A DNA stretch of 64,000 bases from Squalus acanthias (taxonomy: Eukaryota): contig JASTWF010000418.1 in NCBI GenBank assembly GCA_030390025.1, positions 1 through 64,000 on the forward strand, read 5' to 3'. Of this stretch, positions 13,089 to 25,240 are shown one piece after another; positions within the stretch are counted from its first letter, which is position 1; each line of letters begins with the position of its first letter. The position numbers and the translations under genes are program-made. A model generated the notes under the pieces. The model had not been told where the DNA came from and ran no database searches. It saw only the letters and a list, made by a program, of their open reading frames with translations.

Positions 13089-13409
13089 CATCATGTTTGC
13101 TGAGGGTCTGTGTCAGCGGAGTTGTTGAGGAAAGGTGTTTGACCAGACAGGTGAAGATCGAGCCTGAATCCCATTCCCGGACAGGGACCTTTAACGTGCT
13201 GCTGGAACTGTAGGTCCCATTCTCGTGTTGCGTTGTGTGGCCAGGCTCCGAGGAGAAGGATGTCTGGCGGTTATTGATGAGCCAGGTGAAGGAGATCTTC
13301 CTGGGGTGAAATCCGACTGCCTGACACCCCAATGTGGCCGTCCCGTTAGTGTCCATTTCATCGTAGGTGGGGGGTAGGACGTAGACGCTGGGAACCGTAG
13401 GGTATCGGG
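13089..13409 (-). CDS. Gene 1 C1-set exon B, copy 1
   Basis: CTAAT branch-like motif, then TCTCCAG| ... G|GTAAGA, 321 nt, phase 1-1; PSVYVLPP...ATLGCQAVGFHP...FTW...NGTYSSSSTLKV...W...FTCLVKH. Confidence 0.92.
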
Positions 13410-13799
13410 CTGGAGATCCACCGGAGAGACAACGGAATGAAGGCATTAGTGGGCGGTGAGAGATCAGGCCCACCTTGGAGCCCCCCAGTTAATCGCCCCC
13501 CAGTTAATCGCCCCCCAGACTGGGGGGACAGCGAGATCAGCCCCTCACTCAGAGCCCCCCAGTTAATCACCCCCCAGACTGGGGGGAACTGTGAGATCAG
13601 CCCCTCACTCAGAGCCCCCCAGTTAATCACCCCCCAGACTGGGGGGAACAGTGAGATCAGCCCCTCACTCGGAGCCCCCCAGTTAATCGCCCCCCAGACT
13701 GGGGTGAACAGTGAGATCAGCCCCTCACTCAGAGACCCCCAGTTTACCGGCCCCCCAGTTAATCGCCCCCCAGACTGGGGGGGAAGAGCGAGAGGAGCC

Positions 13800-15482
13800 T
13801 GTAGGATATAGTGTACCTGTAGGATTTAGTAAACATTGTTAAGATTTTGTAACCATTATTAAGTAAGTATAATATGTGAAATTGTATGTTAAAAACCTAA
13901 AACGCCTGTATAAAATGGCTGGGAAGCAAAGCATGATGGTAAAATTAAGCCAACATTATGTTAACTGGGAGAATAGTGCTGAGTTGGTGTAGATTTTCTG
14001 TTATATTAAAAACAAGAAGCCAGTGAAGGACAAAGCATTAATTAAGTCTCAAAGTAAGACAAAGGGGTAGAAATTAGGTCGCGCCCCATTTGGGGCGCAA
14101 ATATCGTCTGGACGCAAATATTAGCGCCTGGCGCTAATTATCGGCACTGACTGGAAACTTCACTTTTACCGCCCCGGGAGGTGAGTGGAGCGCTAAATCA
14201 GGCGCTGCACACCTGTCTTAAGGCGCAAAGGCCAAGGAGTGAGGCGCTACCTCAGAGCGCTGGCGAAGCTCATGTAATGTCAGTCAGCAATGGAACACAC
14301 ACACAATGGCACGGGCCAGTTCTTAAAGGGGATGGTTAATCTTGCTTTCCATCCACATCCTGTTCATTGCAGCCTTGAATCTCGGCCTGGAGAGACTTGC
14401 ACATCAAATGTGCTGGAAAGAACAATGGAGAGTACCAGGCAAAGAGCTCAGAGTGCAGCTCCCACAATCTCTGCTAAATCGATACAAGGAATGGCAAATC
14501 AAAATGAACCTGCAAAGTGCTGCTCAGTACCCAAAACTCCTTCACACAACGTTGAATCTCTCCAGAAGTCTCTCCCTCTCTCTCTCAGAATGCGTAGTTC
14601 AAAAATGCCACCAACAATAAAAGACAGGAAGAGGCCCCCTTTAAATAGCGCCCCCCCCCAGCCCCACAGCGATTGATAGCGTTCCAGTCTTCTGGTCGTT
14701 GGATGCGCCAGGCGGTAAGGCAGGGGGCGCCACTCAATTTCCGCTCCGGGGCGCCACAAGGGCATTGCACCATGGAATGACGTCACAATCTGCGCGCGCA
14801 GGTGGTCGCAGCGGTAAAGTTTAGCGCCGCCGCACAATCTCTAGTTAAGTTCCCGAGCGGCGCAAACATCGCTGCGCCCGGGCGTTAGCGGCTTTGCGCC
14901 CCATTAGCGCCCTCTTAAGGCGCTAACGGGAGGCGCAACCAACTGAATTTTTACCCCAAAGGGTTTTCAATACCGAACATCCCTCATCGCTGAAGTTTCA
15001 GACCAGTCTAGATAATGGGCTGTGGGAAAGGCAAAAGACCTCCGTCTTAATTCATGGGAAGTCCGGCTATGTGCAAGATCTCAAACTCAAAGTTCACAGC
15101 AGAATAGGGGAGGGAATCATAGACCGTACTTGTGAAGGTCAGCATGGTGAGATAGCCCAAGCAGCTGCCAGTTGCTATGTATTTTGAAAGGGGAAAAAAA
15201 GGTATAAAGGAACAGCTATTGAACACTGAAAGCAGTGCGAAACCAGAGGTCGAGAAGCTTCAGTCAACAGAACACAGCAAGAGAATAAAGAGACCGCGCC
15301 GCAGTCACTCGGAAGGAACGCCAGGGTTCAATGAACAGACGGCGACTATCTTCTTGTTAAGTATTACTTCTTTATACTGGATGTTTAATAAACCTGTTTT
15401 ACTGATACACAATATACCTGGACCCAGAGTGGTTTGTGTCATAGAAACACGGACAAATTAATTCAGAGCTTTAAAAGCTACA
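13800..15482 (+). mobile_element. Same putative solo LTR, with nested MITE
   Basis: Near-identical to 9429-11116. Confidence 0.7.
14064..14957. mobile_element. MITE family 1, co-duplicated copy
   Basis: Same TIRs, TSD and insertion site as 9693-10584. Confidence 0.85.
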
Positions 15483-16128
15483 AGACCCACCTCAGAGCCC
15501 CCCAGTTAATCACCCCCCAGACTGGGGGGAAGAGCGAGATCAGCCCCTCACTCAGAGCCCCCCAGTTAATCGCCCCCCAAACTGGGGGAAACAGCGAGAT
15601 CAGCCCCTCACTCAGAGCCTCCCAGTTAATCACCCCCCAGACTGGGGGGGGAAGAGTGAGATCAACCCTTCACTCAGAGCCCCCTAGTTAATCAGACCCC
15701 AGACTGGGGGGAAGAGCGAGATCAGCCCCTCACTCGGAGCCCCGCAGTTTACAGGCCCCCCAGATTGGGGGGAACAGCGTTGGGGGGGTTTCTGACGTCT
15801 GGGTTGTGATTCCGCGGGGGCTCATTGACGACAATCGCGGGAACCCGCTGGATTGAAATGGAAGGGGAGCGGGGGGGGGGTGGTGGGGGGCCCCGGGGAG
15901 GAGCGCCCCTCGCGATCTGTTCCCCGGGTCACAAACCTCCCCTCCCCTCCCCCGGTGACTGGGAGCCAAGCCCAGGGGTTAACCCACTAAACCTTCAACC
16001 CCCAACTCTCTAATCCCAGCACAAATCTCCACCTCAAACCCCCCAGCCCAATTCAACCTCCCTAACCCCCGAACCCTCGCTGCCCCCCCCGCCCCCCCCC
16101 AACAACCCCCAGCAGTCCAGACACTCAC

Positions 16129-16446
16129 CTCTGGTCCTGATCTCCTTGACGATCGGCTGGGTCAGCGTCTGGTGTGAGACGACACACTGGTACTTGTCCA
16201 CATCCACCCAGTCTCGACCCCTGACCTCCAGCTGACTGACGGTGGTGTACCGAGCAGCGGGGTCTCGGGACAGAGGCTGCTCGGTGATTCCCGACCTCAC
16301 TCGTCTTCCGTCCGAGAACCAGGAGATCCGCACACTGGGGGGGTAGAATCCGCTGACTAGGCAGAGCAGGGGGGTGAAACCGTTCTCCGATATCTCCCCC
16401 GGGGGCGGGTAATGAAGCTGGACCGAGGGAGGAGAGGACGATGGCA
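16129..16446 (-). CDS. Gene 1 C1-set exon A, copy 1
   Basis: TTCTTGTTCCAG| ... G|GTGAGT, 318 nt, phase 1-1; PPSVQLHYPP...LLCLVSGFYP...ISW...YTTVSQLEV...W...YQCVVSH. Confidence 0.92.
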
Positions 16447-16989
16447 CTGGAACAAGAATCAAGGGGTCAGTCACTGGCCCGAGTGTCTCTGGCCCAGAAT
16501 CGAGGGGTCAGTCACTGACCTCAGTGTGTCTGGCCCAGAATCGAGGGGTCAATCACTGACCTCAGTGTGTCTGGTACAGAATCGAGGGGTCATTCTCTGA
16601 CCTCTGATCTCACAATCACATATATCACAAGAACAGTGTGCGTGACTAGAGGTCTATAAAGATCGTGAGCTTTTCTTTTAGCAGAGAGGGACAAGGACGA
16701 AAGGTTCGACGATGGTTAGGTCTCTACCCAGAGGATAAACGGTGTTAATTGTGTTTACTTCTCTGCTTGGTTGAGCACATTAAAAGGTTTAAGTTGAAAC
16801 CATATTTGGCATCAGATTCGAATTCTCTGACACAGGGCAATGGGACTAAGGAGGGAGCTCGGTCAGAGAGAGGGCACGGGGGCGTTGGGCTGAATTTCCT
16901 CGTCTGCTGTAAAATTCTCTCACTTTATGATCCTTGAGTCACAGATATAAACAACAAACTCTAGGATACTTGGAATTCCCACTACAGGT

Positions 16990-17760
16990 TCTTCCCCTGT
17001 GGGACTCCTCACTCCCAAAACTGTTCGAATCTTCATCCTGAAACTGTGGGGACTCCTTGACCTCAAAACTGTAGGATTCTTCACCCCCCAAACTGTGGGA
17101 CTCCTCTTCCCCAAACTGTGGGACTCTTCATCCCCCAAACTGTGGGACTCCTCTACCATAAGACTGTAGGATTCTTCACCTCCAAATTGTGGGACTCCTC
17201 ATCTCCGAAACTCTGGTACTCCTCACCTCCCAAACTCTGAGACTCCTCACCTTCAAACCAATGGAATCCTCATCTCCAATTATTGGGACTCCTCACTCCC
17301 AAAATTATTGGTCCTCTCACCTCAAAAGTGTCGGTCTCCATGACCACCAAACTGTTCAACTCTTCACCCCCAAACTGTGAGTCTCCTCACCCCCAAAACT
17401 CTGGGACTCCTTACCCCCAAACTGTGGGACACCTTCCTTCCAAACTCTGGGACTCCTTACCCACAAACTGTGGGACTCCTCACCCCCAAACTGTGGGACT
17501 CCTCACCCCCCAAACTCTGGGACGCGGCACCCCCAAAACCCTGGGACTCCTCACCACCAAATTGTGGGACTCCTCACTTCCAAACTTTGGGACTCCTCAA
17601 CCCCGCAAACTGTGGGGACTCCTCACCACCAAACTGTAGGACTCCTCAACACCAAACTGTGGGACTGCTCACTTCCAACCTCTGGGAGTCCTCGCCCCCA
17701 AACTGTGCAACCTTTCACCCCCAAACTGTTGGACTCCTCACCCCCAAATTCTGTGACCCC
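16990..17760. repeat. Degenerate ~24-bp minisatellite
   Basis: Unit approx. CCCCAAACTGTGGGACTCCTCACC. Confidence 0.9.
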
Positions 17761-17944
17761 TCATCTCTCTAAATTGTCCCTTTGTCCTAAAATCAGCTGG
17801 TCTTGGCGTAACTCCAAACCACCGTTCCCTGAACTGCCTCATCTGATGTCCTCCACCCTCCAAGCTTGGCTGTTGGCCAGTGACTGCCCGTTCCAGTTCC
17901 ACCCCTCCCTTGCCCACAAACGGGTTTTGGACGAGCTCCCCTAC

Positions 17945-18325
17945 CGGCCTCGACCTTCAGTGTAGATCCACAGCCGCACCAATCTGTCGCATTCTTGTCT
18001 CCCAGGTGGTCAGCCATTTGGCAGAAGTACCTGGTGGAATCTTGCTGCGTGGCATTAGTGATCCGCAGAGACATCTGCTTTCGGCCAAAGTTCTTCTCGG
18101 CCACGTAACGGTGAGCTTTCCCAGCCATGAAGGTTGGGACCTGTGACTTGGGGCTCCAGTACACCAGCTGCTTCATGGCCCCAGTGCCAGGGGGGACGTA
18201 ACCCCAGATCAAGTACCGGTCGTCTGTCTTGCGGGAGAATCGGCACTCCATCGTGACCGACTCGCCCTCCCGGACGCTCATTAATGTGGACGAGAATCGG
18301 AAGTTCCCACCGCAGGAGGTGAGCC
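17945..18325 (-). CDS. Gene 1 exon 2: V-set Ig domain with germline-encoded J-like G strand
   Basis: Acceptor TCTCTATTTTCAG|, donor G|GTAGGG, 381 nt, phase 1-1. Motifs: VREGESVTMEC, YLIW, SLRITNATQQDSTRYFC, WCGCGSTLKVE. 73 residues lie between the canonical Cys. Confidence 0.92.
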
Positions 18326-18454
18326 CTGAAAATAGAGAGAGAGACACAACTCATGAATCCTCCCACCAAAGATAACTCAGGAAATGTAGGACGGTTGCAG
18401 CTAAGTCTGCACTTTGACATTGGTCAAGGTAAAGCTTGGTACAGAACGTTGGAT

Positions 18455-20840
18455 GGACCACACTTGGAGCAATGTGCACAGTCCCGGTCTCCATATACCT
18501 TGGATAGATCACACTTGGAGCACTGTGCACAGTCCTGGTCTCCACATCCCTTGGTTAGACCACACTTGGAGCACTGTGCACAGTCCCGGTCTCCATATAC
18601 CTTGGTTAGACCACACTTGGAGCACTGTGCACAGTCCTGGTCTCCATATACCTTGGATAGACCACACTTGGAGCAATGTGCCCAGTCCTGGTCTCCATAT
18701 ACCTCGGTTAGACCACACTTGGAGCACTGTGCGCAGTCCTAATCTCCATATACCTTGGTTAGACCACACTTGTAGCACTGTGCACAGTTCTGGTCTCCAC
18801 ATACCTTGGTTAGACCACTCTTGGAGCAATGTGCCCAGTCCTGGTCTCCATATACCTTGGTTAGACCACACTTGGGGCAATGTGCATAGTCCCGGTCTCC
18901 ATATACCTTGGTTAGACCACACTTGGAGCAATGTGCACAGTCCTGGTCTCCACATCCCTTAGTTAGACCACGCTTGGAGCAATGTGCACAGTTCTGGTCT
19001 CCATATACCTTAGTTAGACCACACTTGGAGCACTGTGCACAGTTCTGGTCTCCACATCCCTTAGTTAGACCACACTTGGAGCACTGTGCACAGTTCTGGT
19101 CTCCACATCCCTTACTTAGACCAAACTTGGAGCACTGTGCACAGTTCTGGTCTCCACATCCCTTAGTTAGACCACGCTTGGAGCACTGTGCACAATTCTG
19201 GTCTCCACATACCTTGGTTAGACCACGCTTGGAACTCCGTGCACAGTTCTGGTCTCCACATCCCTTAGTTAGACCACGCTTGGAGCACTGTGCACAGTTA
19301 TGCTCTCCATATACCTTGGTTAGACCACACTTGGAGCAATGTGCACAGTTCTGCTCTCCATATACCTTGGTTAGACCACACTTGGAGCGCTGTGCACAGT
19401 TCTGGCTCCATTTAAAAGAATTTTTATTTTTATTCGTTTATGGGATCTGGGCGTCGCTGGCAAGGCCAGCATTTATTGCCCATCCCTAGTTGCCCTTGAG
19501 AAGGTGGTGGTGAGTCGACTTCTTGAACCGCTGCAGTCCGTGTGGTGATGGTACTCCCACAGTGCTGTCAGGGAGGGAGTTCCAGGATTTTGACACAGCG
19601 ACGATAAAGGATCGGCCGATATACTTCTAAGTCAGGATGGTGTGTGACTTGGAGGGGAACTTGGAGGTGGTGGTGTTCCCATGCGCCTGCTGCCCTTATC
19701 CTTCTCGGTGGAAGAGGTCGCGGGTTTGGGAGGTGCTGCTGAAGAAGTCTTGGCGAGTTGCTGCAGTGCATCTTGTAGATGATACACACTGCAGCCACGG
19801 TGCGCCGGTGGTGGAGGGAGTGAATGTTTAAGGTGGTGGATGGGGTGCCAATCAAGCGGGCTGCTTTGTCTTGGATGGTGTCGAGCTTCTTGAGTGTTAT
19901 TGGAGCTGCACTCATCCAGGCAAGTGGAGAGTATTCCATCACACTCCTTACTTGTGCCTTGTAGATGGTGGAAAGGCTTTGGGGAGTCAGGAGGTGAGAC
20001 GCTCGCCGCAGAATACCTAGCCTCTGACCTGCTCTTGTTGCCACAGTATTTATGTGGCTGGTCCAGTTAAGTTTCTAGTTAATGGTGACCCCCAGGATCT
20101 TGATAGTGGGGGATTCGGCGATGGTAATACCATTGAATGTCAAGGAGAGTTGGTTAGATTCTCGCTTGTTGGCGATAATCATTGCCTGGCACTTCTGTGG
20201 CGCGAATGTTACCTGCCACTTATCAGCCCAAGCCTGAACGTCGTCCAGGTCTTGTTGCATGCGGGCATGGACTGCTTCATTATCTGTGGAGTTGTGAATG
20301 GCGCTGAACACTGTGCAGTCATCAGCGAACATCCCCATTTCTAACCTTATGTTGGAGGGAAGGTCATTGATGAAGCAGCTGAAGATGGTTGGGCCGAGGA
20401 CACTCCCCTGAGGAACTCCTGCAGTGATGTTCTGGGGCTGTGATGATTGACCTTCAACCACCACAACCATCTTCCTTTATGCTAGGTATGACTCCAGCCA
20501 GTGGGGTAGACCACACTTGGAGCTAGTTCTGGTCTCCACATCCCTTGGTTAGACCACACTTGGAGCAATGTGCACAGTTCTGCTCTCCATATAACTTGGT
20601 TAGACCACACTTGGAGCACTGTGCACAGTTCTGTTCTCCATATACCTTGGTTAGACCACACTTGGAGCACTGTGCACAGTTCTGTTCTCCATAAACCTTG
20701 GTTAGACCGCACTTGGAGCACTGTGAACAGTTCTGTTCTCCATATACCTTGGTTAGACCGCACTTGGAGCACTGTGAACAGTTCTGTTCTCCATATATCT
20801 TGGTTAGACCACACTTGGAGCAATGTGCACAGTTCTGGCC
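18455..20840 (+). repeat. 51-bp minisatellite derived from CR1 ORF2, split by a LINE at 19411-20504
   Basis: Unit translates LVRPHLEHCAQFWSPYT; the last unit reads into ordinary CR1 sequence at ~20840. Confidence 0.9.
19411..20504 (-). mobile_element. Truncated LINE of a second CR1/L2-group family
   Basis: [14 protein letters not shown] and IYKAQVRSVMEYS motifs; 3' tail with AATAAA and an A-rich end near 19411-19440. Confidence 0.85.
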
Positions 20841-21600
20841 TCCATATTACAAAAAAATACAGAAAGGCATTGAAGAAGGTGCAATAAAAATTTACAAGGA
20901 TGATGCCAGAACTGAGAGGATATACTTATCGGGAAAGACTGAACAGGCTAGGGCTCTTTTCTTTAGAAAAAGAGAAGGCTGATAGAGGTCTTTCAAATTA
21001 TGAAATGGTTTGATAGGGTAAACAGAGACAAAATGTTTCCACTTGCAGAGGAGACCAGAACTAGTTGACATAAATAAATGATAGTCACTAAGGCGATTGA
21101 CAAAAGAACTAGAGGCAACCTGAGGAAAAGCTTCAATACGCAGCGAGTGATTAGGATCGGGAATGCACTGCTTAATGGGGCGATGGATACAGACTCAATA
21201 GTGGCCTTCAAAAGGGAATTGGATAAATACTTGAAGGAGAAAACATTGCAGGGATCTGGGGAATGAGCGGGGGAGAATGGGACTAACTGGGTTGCTCTTA
21301 GAAAGAGCTGATGCAGACTCGATGGGCTGAATGGCCTCCTTCTGTGCTGTACTATTCTACGATTCTAATAAATTGAAGAAGGAATTCAGGAGAAACTTCT
21401 TTACCCAGGGAGTGCTGAGAATGTGGAACTCGTCACCACAGGGAGTGGTTGAGGCGAATATCACAGAGGTCTTTAAGGGGAGGCTAGATAAAGACATGAG
21501 GGAGAAAGGAATAGCAGCTTATGCTGGTAGGGTGAGATGAAGAGGGGAGGGAGAAGGCAGCATGGAGCAGTTGGGCTGAATGGCCTTTTCCTGCTCGATA
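20840..21600 (+). mobile_element. Degenerate CR1 3' fragments
   Basis: RRNFFTQ..V...WN motifs and CR1 3' UTR. Confidence 0.75.
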
Positions 21601-21631
21601 AACTCAATGTAATTCTCGATGTAAACCTTAC

Positions 21632-21677
21632 CAGCCAGGAGGAAGATGTGAACAGAGAGTGAAATCACCGACTTCAT
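21632..21677 (-). CDS. Gene 1 exon 1: signal peptide (split Ig-type leader) MKSVISLSVHIFLLA-G
   Basis: ATG at 21677, 15 hydrophobic-rich codons + 1 nt, then donor G|GTAAGG (phase 1). It joins in frame to the V exon, giving MKSVISLSVHIFLLAGLTSCG. Confidence 0.85.
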
Positions 21678-21777
21678 GTTGGGAGGAGAGCTGACACGAC
21701 ACATCCTTCTCAACGACTGGAGTCCGATCTTCTGGTCCTCGCACACACCCCCTTTCAGAGCGAGTCAGCCTCTGTCC

Positions 21778-21935
21778 TTCCTCTCCATTCATTGGTCACC
21801 AGTCCCGGACACAGTTTCCTGTGTGTGATTGACAGGCTGAGGGACTTCCTTCATTAGCCAGAGGTGGTGAGGCTGGAGACTGAGGCTGGGCACAGCGGAG
21901 GGCACTGGGCAACGAGAGCGGACCCTGCCCTCCCC
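21778..21935 (-). promoter_or_regulatory. Putative proximal promoter of gene 1
   Basis: 100-260 bp upstream of the ATG: CCAAT (21791-21795), Ets core CAGGAAA (21815-21821), PBX/PREP-type TGATTGACAG (21826-21835), degenerate kB GGGACTTCCT (21841-21850). Confidence 0.55.
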
Positions 21936-24900
21936 TCAGACCCTCTGATCCTCAGTCTCACTGACTCTCAGACCCTCTGACCCTGAGTCCCACTGACCCT
22001 CAGTCCCTCTGACCCTCAGTCCCACTGACCCTCAGTCCCTCTGACCCTGAGTCCCACTGACCCTCAGTCCCTCTGACCCTCAGTCCCACTGACCCTCAGT
22101 CCCACTGACACTCAGTCCCACTGACCCTCAGACACTCTGACACTCAGTCCCTCCGACCCTCAGTCTCTCTGACCCTCAGACCCTCTGACCCTCAGTCCCT
22201 CTGACCCTCAGTCCCACTGACCCTCAGTCCCTCTGACCCTCAGTCCCTCTGACCCTCAGTCCCTCTGACCCTCAGTCCCTCTGACCCCCAGTCCCACTGA
22301 CCCTCAGTCCCTCTGACCCTCAGTCCCTCTGACCCTCAGAACCTCTGATCCTCAGTCCCACTGACCCTCAGTCCCTCTGACCCTCAGTCTCTCTGACCCT
22401 CAGACCCTCTGATCCTCAGTCCCACTGACCCTCAGTCCCACTGACCCTCAGTCCCTCCGACCCTCAGACCCTCTGACCCTCAGTCCCTCTGATCATCAGT
22501 CCCTCTGACCCTCAGTCCCTCTGACCCTCAGTCCCTCTGATCCTCAGACCCTCTTACCCTCAGTCCCTCTGACCCTCAGTCCCTCTGACCCCCAGTCCCA
22601 CTGACACTCAGTCCCTCTGACCCTCAGTCCCACTGACCCTCAGTCCCTCTGACCCTCAGTCCCTCTGACCCTCAGTCCATCTGATCATCACTCCCTCTGA
22701 CCCTCAGTCCCACTGACCCTCTGACCCTCACTCCCTATGACACTCAGACCCTCTGACCCTCAGTCCCTCTGACCCTCAGTCCCTCTGATCCTCAGACACT
22801 CTGCCTCTCAGTCCCTCAGACACTCTGACCCTCAGTCCCACTGACGCTCAGTGCCACTGACCCTCAGACCCTCTGACCCTCAGTCCCTCTGACCCTCAGT
22901 CCCACTGACCCTCTGACCCTCAGTCCCTATGACACTCAGACCCTCTGACCCTCAGTCCCTCTGACCCTCAGTCCCAGTGACCCTCAATCCCTCTGACCCT
23001 CAGTCCCTCTGACCCTCAGTCCCACTGACCCTCTGACCCTCACTCCCTATGACCCTCAGTCCCACTGACCCTCAGTCCCTCTGATCCTCAGTCCCACTGA
23101 CCCTCAGTCCATCTGACCCTCAGTCCCTCTGACCCTCAGTCCCTCTGATCCTCAGTCCCTCTGGCCCTCAGTCCCACTGACCCTCAGTCCCTCTGACTCT
23201 CAGTCCCACTGACCCTCAGTCCCTCTGACCCTCAATCCCTCAGACCCTCAGTCCCACTGACACTCAGTCCCTCTGATCCTAAGTCCCTCTGAACTTCAGT
23301 CCCTCAGACCCTCAGTCCCTTTGACCCTCAGTCCCACTGACCCTCATTCCCTCTGACCCTCAGTCCCTCTGACCCTCAGTCCCTCCGTCCACCTGACCAT
23401 CACTCCCTCTGACCCTCAGTCCCGCTGACCCTCAGTCCCTCTGACCCTCAGTCCCTCTGGCCCTCAGTCCCGCTGACCCTCATTCACTCTGACCCTCAGA
23501 CCCTCTGACCCTCAGTCCCTCTGACCCTCAGTCCCTCTGGCCCTCAGTCCAGCGGACCCTCAGTCCCTCTGACCCTCAGTCCCTCTGACCATCAGTCCCT
23601 CTGACCCTCAGTCCCACTGACACTCAGTCCCTCTGATCCTAAGTCCCTCTGACCCTCAGTCCCTCTGACGCTCCGTCCCTCTGACCCTCAGTCCCTTGAC
23701 CCTCACTCCCTTGACCCTCAGTCCCACAGACCCTCAGTCCCTCTGACCCTCAGTCCCTCTGACCCTCAGTCCCTCTGACCCTCAGTCCCTCTGACCCTCA
23801 GTCCCTCTGACCCACAGTCTCACTGTTCCTCAGTCCCTCCAACCCTCAGTCCCATTGACCCTCAGTACCATTGACCCTCAGTCCCTCTAACCCTCAGTCC
23901 ATCAGACCCTCAACCCATTGACCCTCAGTCCCTCTGACCCTCACTCCCTCTGACCCCCTGTCCCTCTGACCCTCAGTCCCTCTGACAATCAGTCCATCTG
24001 ATCATCACTCCCTCTGACCCTCAGTCCCACTGACCCTCAGTCCCTCTGACCCTCAGTCCCGCTTAACCTCAGTCCCTCTGACCATCAGTCCATCTGATCA
24101 TCACTCCCTCTGACCCTCAGTCCCACTGACCCTCAGTCCCTCTGACCCTCAGTCCCTCCGACCCTCAGTCCCTCTGACCCTCAGTCCCTCTGACCCTCAG
24201 TCCCTCTGACCCTCAGTCCCACTGACCCTCAGTTCCACTGACACTCAGTCCCACTGACCCTCAGCCCCTCTGACCCTCAGCCCCTCTGACCCTCAGTCCC
24301 TCTGACCCTCTGACCCTCAGTCCCACTGACCCTCAGTCCCTCTGACCCTCAGTCCCTCTGACCCTCAGCCCCTCTGACCCTCAGTCCCTCTGACCCTCAG
24401 CCCCTCTGACCCTCAGCCCCTCTGACCCTCAGTCCCTCTGACCCTCTGACCCTCTGACCCTCAGTCCCTCTGACCCTCAGTCCCACTGACCCTCAGTCCC
24501 TCTGACCCTCAGTCCCACTGACCCTCAGTCCCACTGACCCTCAGTCCCTCTGACCCTCAGCCCCTCTGACCCTCAGTCCCACTGACCCTCAGTCCCACTG
24601 ACCCTCAGTCCCTCTGACCCTCAATCCCGCTGACCCTCAGTCCCTCTGACCCTCAGTCCCTCTGACCCTCAGCCCCTCTGACCCTCAGTCCCACTGACCC
24701 TCATTCCCTCAGTCTCTCTGACCCTCAGTCCCTCTGACCCTCAGTCCCACTGACCCTCAGTCCCACTGACCCTCAGTCCCTCTGACACTCAGTCCCTCTG
24801 ACCCTCAGTCCCACTGACCCTCAGTCCCTCTGACCCTCAGCCCCTCTGACCCTCAGTCCCACTGACCCTCAGTCCCACTGACCCTCAGTCCCTCTGACCC

Positions 24901-25240
24901 TCAGTCCCTCTGACCCTCAGTCTCTCTGACCATCAGTCCCTCTGACCCTCAGTCCCTCTGACCCTCAATCCCGCTGACCCTCAGTCCCTCTGACCCTCAG
25001 TCCCTCTGACCCTCAGTCCCTCTGACCCTCAATCCCGCTGACCCTCAGTCCCTCTGACCATCAGTCCCTCCGACCCTCAGTTCCACCGAACCTCAGACCC
25101 TCTGACCCTCAGTCCCTCTGACCCTCAGTCCCTCTGACCCTCAGACCCTCTGACCCTCAGTCCCTCTGAACCTCAGTCCCTCTGACCCTCAAACCCGCTG
25201 ACCCTCAGTCCCTCTGACCCTCAGTCCCACTGACCATCAG

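Noticed and set aside
17945-18325. IgNAR V domain
   Set aside because: The 73-residue inter-Cys spacing retains the C'-C'' region that VNARs lack, so no gene symbol was assigned.
17793-18347. Rearranging V segment with RSS
   Set aside because: No CACAGTG/ACAAAAACC after the YFC codons; the J-like strand and a splice donor are in the same exon.
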